The notes beneath the pieces are model-generated. The model was given only the letters and a program-made list of their open reading frames with translations, searched no databases and was not told the DNA's origin. DNA of 64,000 bases from Tubulanus polymorphus (Eukaryota > Animalia > Nemertea), in assembly GCF_964204645.1 (NCBI RefSeq), contig NC_134026.1, forward strand, positions 12,956,050 through 13,020,049, read 5' to 3'. Positions 50,745-62,199 of this stretch are shown piece by piece. The translations under genes and the position numbers were made by a program. Within the stretch, counting starts at the first letter, position 1. Each line of letters opens with the position of its first letter.

Positions 50745-53700
50745 ATGAAGTCATTAATAGTTTGTCTATGTCTGGTCGCCAGTATTTTTGCCAAGGAACT
50801 GTTCTCTCAAAGAGAGTTAGCTGTCCTTCGAAATCTTGATAGAAGTGATTTGCCGAGGTACATTAAGACAGCGTTACGACGAATCCGTAGACAAGTACAA
50901 GGGTACGTAGGTGTTCCAACTTCAAATTTAAGTGAACTCCTGACAAGGGGATGGAAGATCAACAGTTTTTTTTTCTGTGAAATAATCTTGGTTCTACAAC
51001 TAGAAGTGGAGATAAATGGCATGGAAATACTGTCAAAATTGAAATAGCATTTTGACGCGTCAATCGACGCGTCAAACGACGCGTCAATCTACGCATCAAA
51101 TTCAGGGCATTGCTAGGGCAATTTAGGGCATTGCTTGAAAAATCTTTTTAATTCGTGACTTCAGGTAAGTTCCACAAGTTTATATTGTATTTTATCTTTC
51201 TTCAGGAATTATTTTGTAGTCAAATAAGACCAAAGATATACATTTGGTTACGGTCCGTGTCCAAAATTTTGTAGGGTACAGGTAGGCGCGGCAGGGAAAC
51301 TATTTAATATTTTCAAAAAAATATGTTTCACAATATGAAAAAAATATTCAAATAAGGCCATACCAAAATAATTGTCTGTTTGCCGTAACAACGAATGAAC
51401 TTTTCAGGATGAGTCGGAAGGTAGGTAGAAGGTAGGTAGGTTTTTTGCAAAATTTTTGGGCAAAAAAAAGAAACAAATTTACCACCTTTTTCACATGGAA
51501 ACAATATCGTAGAAATCATCTACGTTGTGCACGGGAATTTTGTCTAATAGCGTAGATTTCGAGAATTATTCCAAAATTATAACTTCGTCCAGAGCGGCAT
51601 CTCTGTGTTAAAAATGAAACAGTACATTGAATATGAGCGAGCGTTTACGTTACCAGCTTTAATATAGTCACTATGAGAATGAATGGCAGCTTATTGGAAC
51701 ACTGCCAGTTTCCTGGAAAACTTAAATTAGGCCACATGTCAAGGCATGTTTTCACACAATGCACACTTGAATTCAAACATACGTAGCACATACGTCGGCA
51801 GTGTGTCGGTCGGTCGGCCGTTTTTATCAAAAATAAAGTTTATTTCAATGAATCCCAGAAAAAAGTTTTCACTCGGTACCTTTGAAGTCGGGTCGGTCGG
51901 TCCTCGTTACCTCGTTGTCTCAAGGTCTCGTTGTATACACGTACTTAATACATGCATGCGAACGCCGTAGACACAAAGTCCTAATGGCTTTTTGGGCACC
52001 CGAGAGGACTCTGAAAAAAAATAAATCATTTTTTTAGCATATACAATGACTAGAACAAAAGCACCGGCAATATTTCACCACTGTATGTGTAACTTTCCTA
52101 AGCCAGGTTGTAAAGATGTCATCTTAGATGTCAAAAATAGGGCTGCTTAGGACCCCTTGAATGCACCCATGATACAGCACTTTGGAGAGTGATCTTGACA
52201 CACCTTTTTTATCAGTGGGTTATTACGCAATCGGCAGCCATCCTAGTATCTTCAGTCCTCGTTCATAGAAGGAAAACGGGTTTGTGGAGGATATCAACAG
52301 GTTTAACACATAATTACGTATGTTATTCGATAATTTGTATCTATCGTATGACACATCCCAATCGAATTGGGATTACCCGGTGTTGTATTATCTCACCAAA
52401 GGAGGGAAATTTTGAATAAAATACAATTTACCTTTTTTCATTGGTACCTATCCATATAAACAACAAAAGAAAAATTTCTTTTTATAGTGCAACTGGGCAC
52501 ATATTCATACGAATCATGCATTCAAGCTTTGTCAATTACTCATAGGAAGCCAAATTTTGAAAAGGCCCTTGATTAAATTGTTGTTCGCGAAAATCTGAAC
52601 GCAGAAATGTTGGAAAAAGCCTCTATGGTCGGCTTAGCCGCTGTCATGTGAACCCGCGGTATGTCTACTATATTACTTTCGCGTTTTATTTGGTTAAAGT
52701 GATCAATTGCGCGATCGGGACGAATAGTTATAAAATACGACGAAAATAACTTCGAATCAAATTCAATTTTAAACCGCATTCATATCAATTAGACAGGAAA
52801 AAACTCTAGTCTGTGGTATTCGTTCCTGCCATCTCCCCGTTGCGACTTGTAAAAACACGATTGAACTGTGTTAATCCACGGGGCTCGTATCAGAGTTGCA
52901 GTGTAAAAATGATAATCTGTTAATTCAATGTCTATAGTATATATAAAATAACAAGGGGCTAACGACGCTCACAAACTACTCAGCTTCAGTCACTTACTGT
53001 TCCTTTATTTCTCATCCAATTTCGATAATTTCGGGCATGATATGAAAGCTAATAGCTTCCTGCTTCTGACGAAATTAATCCCTTTAACTTCCAATGAATA
53101 GTTCGTGAACAAATATAGAATGTTTTGTGTATTTGAAGCTCACGATCATCAAAATCGGTGAAAGACTTCGCGTCGAACTGAACGTTTTAAATTTCGAAAT
53201 CGGCAAAAACCGGCGTCATAGCATTTTCGGTCCAGGCAATTTCGGCCCCAATTTCGCGTTCAAAGACGTATAACTATTCTTTGGAAATTAATGGGATTAG
53301 TTTCCTTAGAAGCAGGAAGCTATTAGCTTTCACATCATGCCCGGATTATTGAAATTAGATGAGAAATAACGAAATAGTAAGTGACTGAAGTTGAGTAGTT
53401 TCTGAGCGTTGTTAGTCCCCTTGTTGAGACGAGGAGATACACAATATCCGTGTAAGATGATAACGAGAGAAATTCCACGATAAATCCAGCCATGACCAAA
53501 AACCTGAAAAGAAGAGTATATATATTTGCGCAACTTTTTGGCTAAAGACTATTAGCCATCATCAGGCGTACTGAGAATAGGAGAATACTACACGATAATT
53601 ATACAAGACCAAACTGAGTGAGTGATTACAATGTTAGTAATAGGGAATATAGGGGTTCAGATCAAAGGTCGTAAGGTCGAAAAATAAATTCTCGCACACT

Positions 53701-56700
53701 CGAATTTATCTTTCGACCATCCAACCTTTGATCTGAACCCCTATATTCCCTATTACTTAAAGTTTAAATGTGTTAAATTTTTGATTTTAACATAAAAAAG
53801 TACGAGTAATTAACAAGTGTAAACTTGCGTCGAGAAAACAGTGAATATTTATATTTGTATGTGTTAAATTCTTATTTTAACATAAAAGTAACGAGTAATA
53901 AAAAATTTGATATTAAAATGGAAGCAAATAAGTACTACTGCCCGACATGTAAAATCAATATAGATAAATCTCAAAAATCAAGACACAATAAAACTAAATC
54001 TCACTTAGAAAATAAATTAAAATTAGAATATAAAGATGAAATATTAGAAAATAAATTAGAAGAATTAAAGAATGAAAAAGAAATATGTAAATGTGATAAG
54101 TACTACTGTCCAACATGTAAAATAAATATAGATTAACCTCAAAAATCAAGACATGATAAAACTAAATCTAACTTAGAAAATAAATTAAAGTTAGAATATA
54201 AAGATGAAATTCTAGTTCTATTTGAATTCTAGTTTTTCTATCTTCTTCATTCTATCTTTTTCATTTTCAAACTTAACTTGAATTATACAGTTTATCATTC
54301 AATTCATGAATATATTTATGAGTTTTTAAACTCTTTTCATTTTTATACCTTTTATTACATATTTCCAGCATTTAATATTATTAATTCGATCTGATAGATA
54401 ATTTATATTTTCTTTTAATTCTGTATATTTAATTTTACAGCTATCATAGAATTCTAACATCTGTTTCAATGAGTAAACTGAGAAAGAAAATAAACCTGAA
54501 ATCATAATTAATTTAATATTCTGTTGATTTCTGTAAATAAGATGTAATATTTCTAATACCTTACTTTCACTCATTTTTGTAGTTAAAATATATAAATTAA
54601 ATTAGATTAAAAGATGCTGTTTATATCCTCTAATTCTTTTAAACCATTAACTTTTTATGATTATTTTTATTTCCATTTAACTTCTTTAATTTCTTGCTCA
54701 ATTTAATATTTTCATTCATTAGATCCTTACTAATATTTTCATAATAGAAATATAATGCAGCCAATATTAACCCTCCTGCTATAAGATAATGCTTCAAATC
54801 ACTTTTCCCAATTGGAATGCTGAAATCTTCCATTTAATTAAGAGAAAAATTAAACAGTTTATAAAATATTAGATAATTAGTGTTGAATTATTATTTTTGA
54901 GTTATGATATTTTGATTTAAGATGGTGTGATTTATTGCTTCGAGTATAATATTTTCCACAATTACATAACACCTTTTCATTAGGTTCATATTTAGGTGTT
55001 TCGATTATATCGTCTAAGTTACATTGAATTCCAACATCTTTATATGATTTTTCATTTGGAATGTCAGGGTTAAATCTGTTTTCTTCTACTCTGAAAAACA
55101 TTACATAGCATTCTCTGAAAGGACAATAACGTAAGTGTAGAAATAATGATTTATCTTAATTTTCATTATTAAAAAGTGATTGCATTTCATCTGTAATTAT
55201 TAAATGTTTAACTGTTTCATCAAATCTTGTGAATTTTGGAATAATTGTATTGAATAAGATTTTATCTTTATCATTCGATAACTCTATTATTAGATAATGA
55301 TTTTTAAACATTGATTCGGTAATATTTTTCACTTGAAAACGGAAACGTCCAGTTTTAATCAAATCTTTAATAGGAATGAAATTTTTAATTGTAAAATATT
55401 TTTCTAATTCATTTAAATCGATATCTTTAAACTGTAGTATCTGTTCACTCATTTATTAGTCATTTTTTTTATTTAAATGGATATTTTCTTCAGTACTCGT
55501 TACTTTTTATATGGTGGACAGTAGTACTTATCACATTTATATATTTCTTTTTCATTCTTTAATTCTTCTAATTTATTTTCTAATATTTCATCTTTATATT
55601 CTAACTTTAATTTATTTTCTAAGTGAGATTTAGTTTTATTGTGTCTTGATTTTTGAGATTTATCTATATTGATTTTACATGTCGGACAGTAGTACTTATT
55701 TGCTTCCATTTTAATATCAAATTTTTTATTAAAATTGTTATTTTCTTCAACTCGTGAATTCCTCGTTACTTTTATGTTAAAATAAAAATTTAACACATAC
55801 AAATATAAATATTCACTGTTTTCTCGACGCAAGTTTACACTTGTTAATTACTCGTACTTTTTATGTTAAAATCAAAAATTTAACACATTTAAACTTAAAG
55901 TAATAGGGAATATAGGGGTTCAGATCAAAGGTTGGATGGTCGAAAGATAAATTCGAGTGTGCGAGAATTTATTTTTCGACCTTACGACCTTTGATCTGAA
56001 CCCCTATATTCCCTATTACTAATGTTGAAGGGGAATAGAATCAAGTAAGGACATAACAGCTGGAAAACAATAGTAAATAGTAAAGAAAGCAAAGGCAAAC
56101 TAGGGGCAATATAGATTAAAGAATTTTAAAAACAAAAGACACAAACTTAAGTGATTAAAACGTAAGGACAAGCTAAGGGGTAATCAGATGAAAACAAAGA
56201 GAAGGCACATGAAAGGCTTTGATCTATTACACTTCAACATTTTAATCCCTCACTCTGTTTCTATTGTTTTGGTATTTTCTAATAGTCTTTAGCCGAAACT
56301 TTGCCCAAAAGTTTATACTCTTCCATTCAAGTTTCTCGTTTTGGCTGAATTTATCGTATGATTTCTCGCGTTAGCCCCCCTTGTTATTTTATATATGCTA
56401 TAGACATGGGATAAACAGATTACCAGATCAACAGATTGGATTAATAGATTATATTACCTACAACTCTGATACGAGCCCCTGTGTGTAAATCACACTGAGC
56501 GAAAAGTGTATTTTGGCAAATGTAACCCACAGATTGCATTGCACCATGGTGGATCATTCGTTGTAATTATCTGGATTGGATTCCATAGCCTCGCGATTTG
56601 TATCTTAACTTGCCACAATGTGTTATTCTTTATTATTGGAAATTTGCAATAGCTCGTGTTTGGCCTGTATGGAATAAGGAGGTGGTGTTTCATTTTTATT

Positions 56701-58006
56701 TAGACATTGGTGTTGTGCCAATGACCAACCAATTAATTCAATTCAAAGAAGTAAAATATCGATGGAAATGGTCAAGGTGACGGAGAAAGTGAAAATAGGT
56801 TACACAGAATGTAAATGGTTAGGAAGTGGCCGTTGTTCACTCTACGATGTCAGATATAGGTAGGTATATATAGTTATGTCTGCTTAATCGTCGTACCTCA
56901 GTTATTTACCCAAAAATTTTCTTAATGGTATGGCTACTTTATTGTACCCCGCGCGGCATAGGCCGCGGATGGGGGACTTGGTATCCGCCTCCGTCCGTCC
57001 GTCCGTCCACATCAGCTTGTGAACGCGATTCAAGATGAACCATCGATCGCTGGACTATGATATTACACAGTATGGTAACCCCTATGGAGAGGATGTGCCC
57101 TTTTGATTTTTGAGTCCATGAATCAAAGATCAAGGTCGCTACAGGTCATTCATGCGAAATCTTTTGAACGCGATTCAAGAAGAACCGTTGATCGCACGAC
57201 TCGTTACGTATTATAATTACCCCTAGGCAGAGGATGTGCCCGATTTTGGGTTCAAGGATCAAAGGTCAAGGTCACTACAGGTCATTCAATTGAAGCACTG
57301 TGAACGTGATTCAGGGAGAACCGTTAATTGCAGGACTATGCTATTACGTAGTATGATTAACCCTGGGGAGAGGATGTGCCCTATTGATTTTGGGGTCCGA
57401 AAATCAAGGGTCAAGGTCACTACAGGTCATGTGAATTCTTGTAAATGCGATTCAAGAAGAACCGTTGACAACAGGACAATGCTATTCCATAGTATCATTA
57501 CCCCTGGGAAGAGGATGTGCCTTATTGATTTTGGAATTCTAGGGTCAAAAGTCCAGGTTAGTAGAGGTTTTTTGCCTAAAACCCTGTAAACTCAAATCTT
57601 AAATAACTATTGATAGCAGGACATTGATATTTTATAGTATGGTTATCCCTGGATACACTTATCATTTTTTCGATATTAAAGATCGGTTTCTTCAGGGGGA
57701 TTCCATACTGGCTATCGCGGGGACGTAGTACGTAGTATCAAATTGCCTTGTTTAATGTGCATTCTCCCACACTAGCTATTTCCATTATGTATACGTTTTG
57801 TAGAAGTCAGCCGACTTATTTCACTGATTATTACGAGGTTCCCGACATGAAAGCTTGTCCAGACCAGCACGTTAAGTGTTGCAAAGGTTTCGTTATGATT
57901 GCCAATGAGAATTGCATCAGTAAGTATCGCCATCTAATCCGCATAGTATAAATGTGATGGAAATCGAGCCCGCGGACAGGTATTTGTGCCTTTAATTCTG
58001 TGTGTG

Positions 58007-58066
<60 letters not shown>

Positions 58067-58214
58067 TGTAGGCAAATATACTTGTAATAAAGTACGTAAT
58101 TTATAATAATTTATAATAAAGTACGTATTAATGAATACGTTTTCAGGCTTGGACGAGGCAAAGGAGCATATTGAAACACTGAAAGATCTCATCGCCGCTG
58201 GACTTATTGGATAA
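50745..58214 (+). CDS. Spliced host gene: 165-aa secreted Cys-rich (EMI-domain-like) protein
   Basis: Coding exons 50745-50902, 56704-56859, 57804-57919 and 58147-58214 have GT/AG ends and matching phases (2,2,1), totalling 498 nt. Signal peptide, RRIRR|Q cleavage site, Cys pattern CC..C..C..C..CC.G...C, and AATAAA at ~58291. Confidence 0.8.
53918..54136 (+). CDS. C2H2 zinc-finger peptide matching the PolB N-terminus, in the left TIR
   Basis: MEANKYYCPTC...HNKTKSH; about 54 of the first 60 aa are identical to 23271-23516. Confidence 0.65.
   Translation: MEANKYYCPTCKINIDKSQKSRHNKTKSHLENKLKLEYKDEILENKLEELKNEKEICKCDKYYCPTCKINID
54326..54574 (-). CDS. Cargo gene C (hydrophobic segment; Zn-finger tail frameshifted)
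   Basis: Homologue of 61897-62199 and 63241-63486. Confidence 0.7.
   Translation of the reverse strand: MSESKVLEILHLIYRNQQNIKLIMISGLFSFSVYSLKQMLEFYDSCKIKYTELKENINYLSDRINNIKCWKYVIKGIKMKRV
54639..54833 (-). CDS. Cargo gene B: single-TM peptide with basic coiled-coil tail
   Basis: HYLIAGGLILAALYFYY; three copies in the window. Confidence 0.75.
   Translation of the reverse strand: MEDFSIPIGKSDLKHYLIAGGLILAALYFYYENISKDLMNENIKLSKKLKKLNGNKNNHKKLMV
54877..55452 (-). pseudogene. Cargo gene A with an in-frame stop at 55156-55158
   Basis: ORFs 55156-55452 and 54877-55101 together equal the 193-aa ORF at 61040-61621. Confidence 0.8.
55500..55709 (-). CDS. C2H2 zinc-finger peptide matching the PolB N-terminus, in the right TIR
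   Basis: Inverted copy of 53918-54136. Confidence 0.65.
   Translation of the reverse strand: MEANKYYCPTCKINIDKSQKSRHNKTKSHLENKLKLEYKDEILENKLEELKNEKEIYKCDKYYCPPYKK
56937..57753 (+). mobile_element. HINE/pearl(CvA)-like element with (GTCC)n and ~120-150-bp internal tandem repeats
   Basis: GTACCCCGCG...CGCGGGGAC subterminal IR, (CCGT)n at ~56990-57008, repeated TGTGCCC.ATTGATTTT...AAGGTCAAGGTCAC units, and CTTGTTT end. Confidence 0.8.
57998..58068. repeat. (TG)n(CGTG)n microsatellite
   Basis: Seen directly in the sequence. Confidence 0.95.
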
Positions 58215-58644
58215 TGGTAGACACAAAGATGCACGCACACACCCTACTTCAATGTACACACACCAATGTTTCGGCCAGGAAGGCACCGCTTAATAAAGTA
58301 TGATGTCTTCCCTAAGGCACCGCTTAATAAAGTATGATGTCTTCCCTATATCAAATTGTATCTTATTTCAATTCTTATTTCTTATTTATTAACGTGAATA
58401 TCATTAATGCCAAAACCTGCAGGTTCTGAAAATTCCCTGTTATTTTTGTTTCACATGTTGTGTTAGTTTTTATGCTAAATGAGAATATTCATAGAGTAGC
58501 CGTGTTAACCAGGTTTAGAATAGATAACGAGAGTAGTACTATTTAGGTTAAATTTCGATAAGACGCACGAGCTTTCGCTACTAACATATAGAAGCTTCGT
58601 TAGGTGAATGAGTATAGTCAATGGAAAAACAACGGTATTTAAAT

Positions 58645-58893
58645 TTAACGAGACTTACCTGTAAGATGGAGTTTGATTGTAATTCTGTCGAATTATAAAT
58701 CACGAACTAGGGATCGCATGAGATGTGTGCAGCTAGCTCACAGTCAGTGTTTAAAGTTTAAGCGAGGCATCAGGAAAAAATTTAGGGATAAGTAACAGGG
58801 TAGGGAGATTCTGGGCGGGCATGTGATCCCTAGTTCGTGATTTATAATTCGACAGAATTACAATAAAACTTCAACTTACAGGTAAGACTAGTT
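58645..58893. repeat. Fold-back element, probably derived from DIRS ITRs
   Basis: CTTACCTGTAAG...GTAATTCTGTCGAATTATAAATCACGAACTAGGGATC is mirrored at ~58825-58887. Confidence 0.7.
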
Positions 58894-59739
58894 TATTCAA
58901 TAAATTCTATCTCATCATAAATCACTTCACTAGACGTATCGGCCCCACTCCGCGCGGTGGCGCCACCGCGCGGGATTTACGCGAAGCAGCAAACACAAAC
59001 ACGGCCACTCTCTCAATTTTCAATGATAGAAATCGTGTGTGCATTTCAATTATTTCGGCTGTTAGGGTTTTAAAGCACAATATAAGATGATGTGATATGG
59101 CGATGTTAATTAATGATAATTCCGCAGTGAAGCTAGTCACGAACGGTGCCGATTGAGTGTACAGCTGCCAAAAACACTGAAATGTGCGTAGTTGCGTAAC
59201 TGTTTGCAGTGAATTGCAGGCGAAACATGAAGCCTTAACGGCCGTTTAAAAAAAAATTTATACCAATCGCAATTGTAAAATAAAAATGAGATAGAACCTA
59301 AGTTAAAATTCTGGCCATTTCTAAAATGTTATTACTAATTTTTAGTCAGTGCCGAACGTTTAGTTTTCTAACAATAATGAGGGGTGGTAGGTATTCATGC
59401 AATGTAAGTCATCATTTATTACACGTTACTTCCGTGTTGTTGAAAATCTCGCGAGTCCTGGACCAAACCCCATTGAACAATGTGATCTGTGTGCTGGCCA
59501 CAAATGCACACAGATCACACTACACTACCCATTACACACTCCAGTACCCACAGCTTTCATATATCCATCCAAATATTTAGAGTGTCTTTCTTCCTGGGTC
59601 ACACATGAGACTTCAAGGCCGAAATTACCATGTCACACAAAACATAATTGATCAAAAATCAAAATCCGGTTCCAATATCATCAATACTATATAGTGCTTA
59701 TTTATCATATGTATAATTTTTCAACAATTCATTCCCGAT

Positions 59740-60600
59740 ATTAACATCTGTAGTTGACTCAATGTTCTTGTTATAATATTCCTGAAAAGTCTTTGCATCT
59801 GACCAACTAATCTTATTAATTATCTCCTATATAGGAACTCCACCAATCTTGACGCGGTCGCTGATCTAGTCGAATGAGCGTGGAATATATTTGTATCAAT
59901 TCCCGCATCCAGTAGAGTGCTCTAAATCCATTTGCCGATTGTCCCGCCCGTTACGCTGCGATGTGGAGCTATAAAACTAATAAAAAAATTCTGAGGTGTC
60001 TACTCTCAATGATTTTGTCATTTCTAAGTACATTGAAATGTGCGACTATACACAGTTCACTGTCCTCTTCAAGGGCTAAGAATTCTAATGAACTTTGGTG
60101 TTTGCCAGGTTTACTGGTTTTCAAGTTTTTTCCAAATAAAAGATATAACTCTTATCGGATGCCACAAATTTGTCTGTTTTAGGAGAGTTTTCTGCCTTTG
60201 ACCTGTCAATATTGCCACCAAAGTCACAGTTCTGACAGTCAGCTGTTTTAAGTTACAATCTGCAATGACATTTTCCTTAAAGTGATTAAACATCGGCGTG
60301 ACGGGCGTGAGTTGAAAACGCCTTTCATAAATCTACTAATAAGTTTATGTTCGCCACATGGAACATAAGGGTGAAATGTGATAACAATTGAAAGTGCCGA
60401 CCTAGCAGTAATCAGCGCACTATAGGCTAATCCTGATTCATAAAGTTCAGTCAAGAATGTTAACACCGGTTATACATCAGGTTCATCCCGAGAAACCGAG
60501 TGTTTCACCGAAAACAACAACCACCGCTTTTGATACATGTCGTATTGCTTGACAGTGGATCTCCTATCCTTGCATCATAACGTCTATTGTGGAACTTTCA
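59740..60600 (-). pseudogene. DIRS-type tyrosine recombinase remnant
   Basis: LTFLTELYESGLAYSALITARSALS...GEHKLISRFMKGVFNSRP, LKQLT...LVAILTGQR.KTL, and an AHSTRS-like motif near 59870. Confidence 0.8.
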
Positions 60601-61039
60601 AGGCCGGTTAGTAACAGGGATAATAGGGGTTCAAGCCAATGGTCGAAAGGTCAAAAAATAAATTCTCGCACACGAATTTATTTTTCGACCTTTCAACCTG
60701 TGAACTGAACCCCTATTATCCCTATTACTCTTGAAATATTCATATAAAGGAACATTATTTAAATGAATTTCATATATTTTAAAATAAATTTCATGTTTTA
60801 AAAGTGAGAGTAAAATGTTAGCATAATAAACTAGAAAAATAAGATCAAATATAGATTTCGAATGATAAAAAATCAATTTTTAACATAAAAAGTGTGAGTA
60901 AAGTGTGAGTGAAATAATTCATATTTAAAACAGTGAATATTTATATTTATATGCGTTAAATTCTTATTTTCAATATAAAAATAACGAGTAATTAACAAGT
61001 TGAAGAAAATATCAATTTTAATAAAAAAATGACTAATAA

Positions 61040-61621
61040 ATGAATGAACAGATACTACAGTTCAAAGATATCTTTTTAATTGAATTAGAAAAATATTTTA
61101 CAATTAAAAATTTTATTCCTATTAAAGATTTCATTAAAACTGGACGTTTTTGTTTTCAAGTGAAAAATATTACTGAATTAATGTTTAGAAATAATTATCT
61201 AATAATAGAGTTATCGAATGATAAAGATAAAATCTTATTCAATACAATAACTCCAAAATTAACAACATTTGATGAAATAGATCAACATTTAATAATTACA
61301 GATGAAATACAATCACTTTTTGATAATGAAAATTCCCATAAATCTTTATTTCTACACTTACGTTATTGCCCTTTCAGAGAATGCTATGTAATGTTTGTCA
61401 AAGTAGAAGAAGAAAGATTTACCCCTGCCATTCCAAATGAAAAATCATTCAAAGATGTTGGAATTCAATGTAACTTAGATAATGAAATTGTTACACCTAA
61501 AGAGAAATATGAACCTAATGAAAAAGCGTTATGTAATTGTGGAAAATATTATACTCGAAGCAATAAACCACACCATCTTAAATCAAAATATAATAACTCA
61601 AAAATAATAATTCAACTCTAA
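61040..61621 (+). CDS. Cargo gene A: 193 aa, unknown N-domain, DVGIQC motif, C-terminal CxCG..H..(H) zinc finger
   Basis: Intact ORF with TAAATG start; three copies in the window. Confidence 0.8.
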   Translation: MNEQILQFKDIFLIELEKYFTIKNFIPIKDFIKTGRFCFQVKNITELMFRNNYLIIELSNDKDKILFNTITPKLTTFDEIDQHLIITDEIQSLFDNENSHKSLFLHLRYCPFRECYVMFVKVEEERFTPAIPNEKSFKDVGIQCNLDNEIVTPKEKYEPNEKALCNCGKYYTRSNKPHHLKSKYNNSKIIIQL

Positions 61622-61672
61622 ATATTCAAAATAAGATATTTCAAATTACTTTTAATTCTTTCTCTCAAATAA

Positions 61673-61876
61673 ATGGATGGTTTCAGCATTCCAATTGGGA
61701 AAAGTGATTTAAAACATTATTTAGTTGCTGGAGGTTTAATATTAGCTGCACTTTACTTTTACTATGAAAATATCGGTAAGGATCTAATGAATAAAAATAT
61801 AAAATTGAGTAAAAAGTTAAAAAAGAAATTCAATGAAAACAATAATCGAAATAAAAAAGTTATTGAATCAGATTAG
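61673..61876 (+). CDS. Cargo gene B: single-TM peptide
   Basis: TAAATG start; conserved in three copies. Confidence 0.75.
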   Translation: MDGFSIPIGKSDLKHYLVAGGLILAALYFYYENIGKDLMNKNIKLSKKLKKKFNENNNRNKKVIESD

Positions 61877-61896
61877 TGAATTAATTAAATAATCAA

Positions 61897-62199
61897 ATGA
61901 GTGAAAATATATTAAGTTTATTACATCTAATATATAAAAATCAACAGAATATTAAATTAATCATTATGCTTACAGGATTAGTTTCATTTTCAATTCATAG
62001 TATAAAACAGATGTTAGAATTTTGTGATTCTTGTAAAATTAATTATACAGAATTGAAAGATAACATAAATTATATTTCAGATAGAATTAATAATATTAAG
62101 TGTTGTGATATATGCAATAAAAAATATAAAAATAAAAAGAGTTTAAAAACTCATAGATATATTCATGAATTAGATGAGAAATTACATAATTCAAATTAA
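61897..62199 (+). CDS. Cargo gene C: hydrophobic segment, coiled coil and C2H2 zinc finger
   Basis: CDICNKKYKNKKSLKTHRYIH. Confidence 0.78.
   Translation: MSENILSLLHLIYKNQQNIKLIIMLTGLVSFSIHSIKQMLEFCDSCKINYTELKDNINYISDRINNIKCCDICNKKYKNKKSLKTHRYIHELDEKLHNSN

Larger units (their letters stand above)
53636..56020 (-). mobile_element. 2385-bp non-autonomous mini-Polinton with three-gene cargo
   Basis: AGTAATAGGG...CCCTATTACT termini, 6-bp TSD AATGTT (53630-53635 and 56021-56026), ~490-515-bp TIRs (53636-54121 and ~55505-56020), terminal hairpins at 53636-53757 and 55899-56020. Confidence 0.93.
52877..56483. mobile_element. Non-autonomous TIR element hosting nested insertions (intronic)
   Basis: GGGGCTCGTATCAGAGTTG (52880) versus CAACTCTGATACGAGCCCC (56461-56479). 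Internal inverted arms at ~52950-53080 and ~53290-53425, with another inverted pair at ~53460-53560 and ~56280-56370. Confidence 0.65.

Noticed and set aside
50903-51047. C-terminal half of the 100-aa ORF 50745-51047
   Set aside because: It reads through a GT donor into intron; the spliced model fits better.
56990-57600. Regularly spaced repeats as CRISPR or a coding ORF (57236-57589)
   Set aside because: The whole unit repeats, as in HINE/pearl-type elements, and the ORF is a by-product.
58280-58348. ~35-bp tandem duplication containing AATAAA
   Set aside because: A simple local duplication of the poly(A)-signal region, with no sign of further function.
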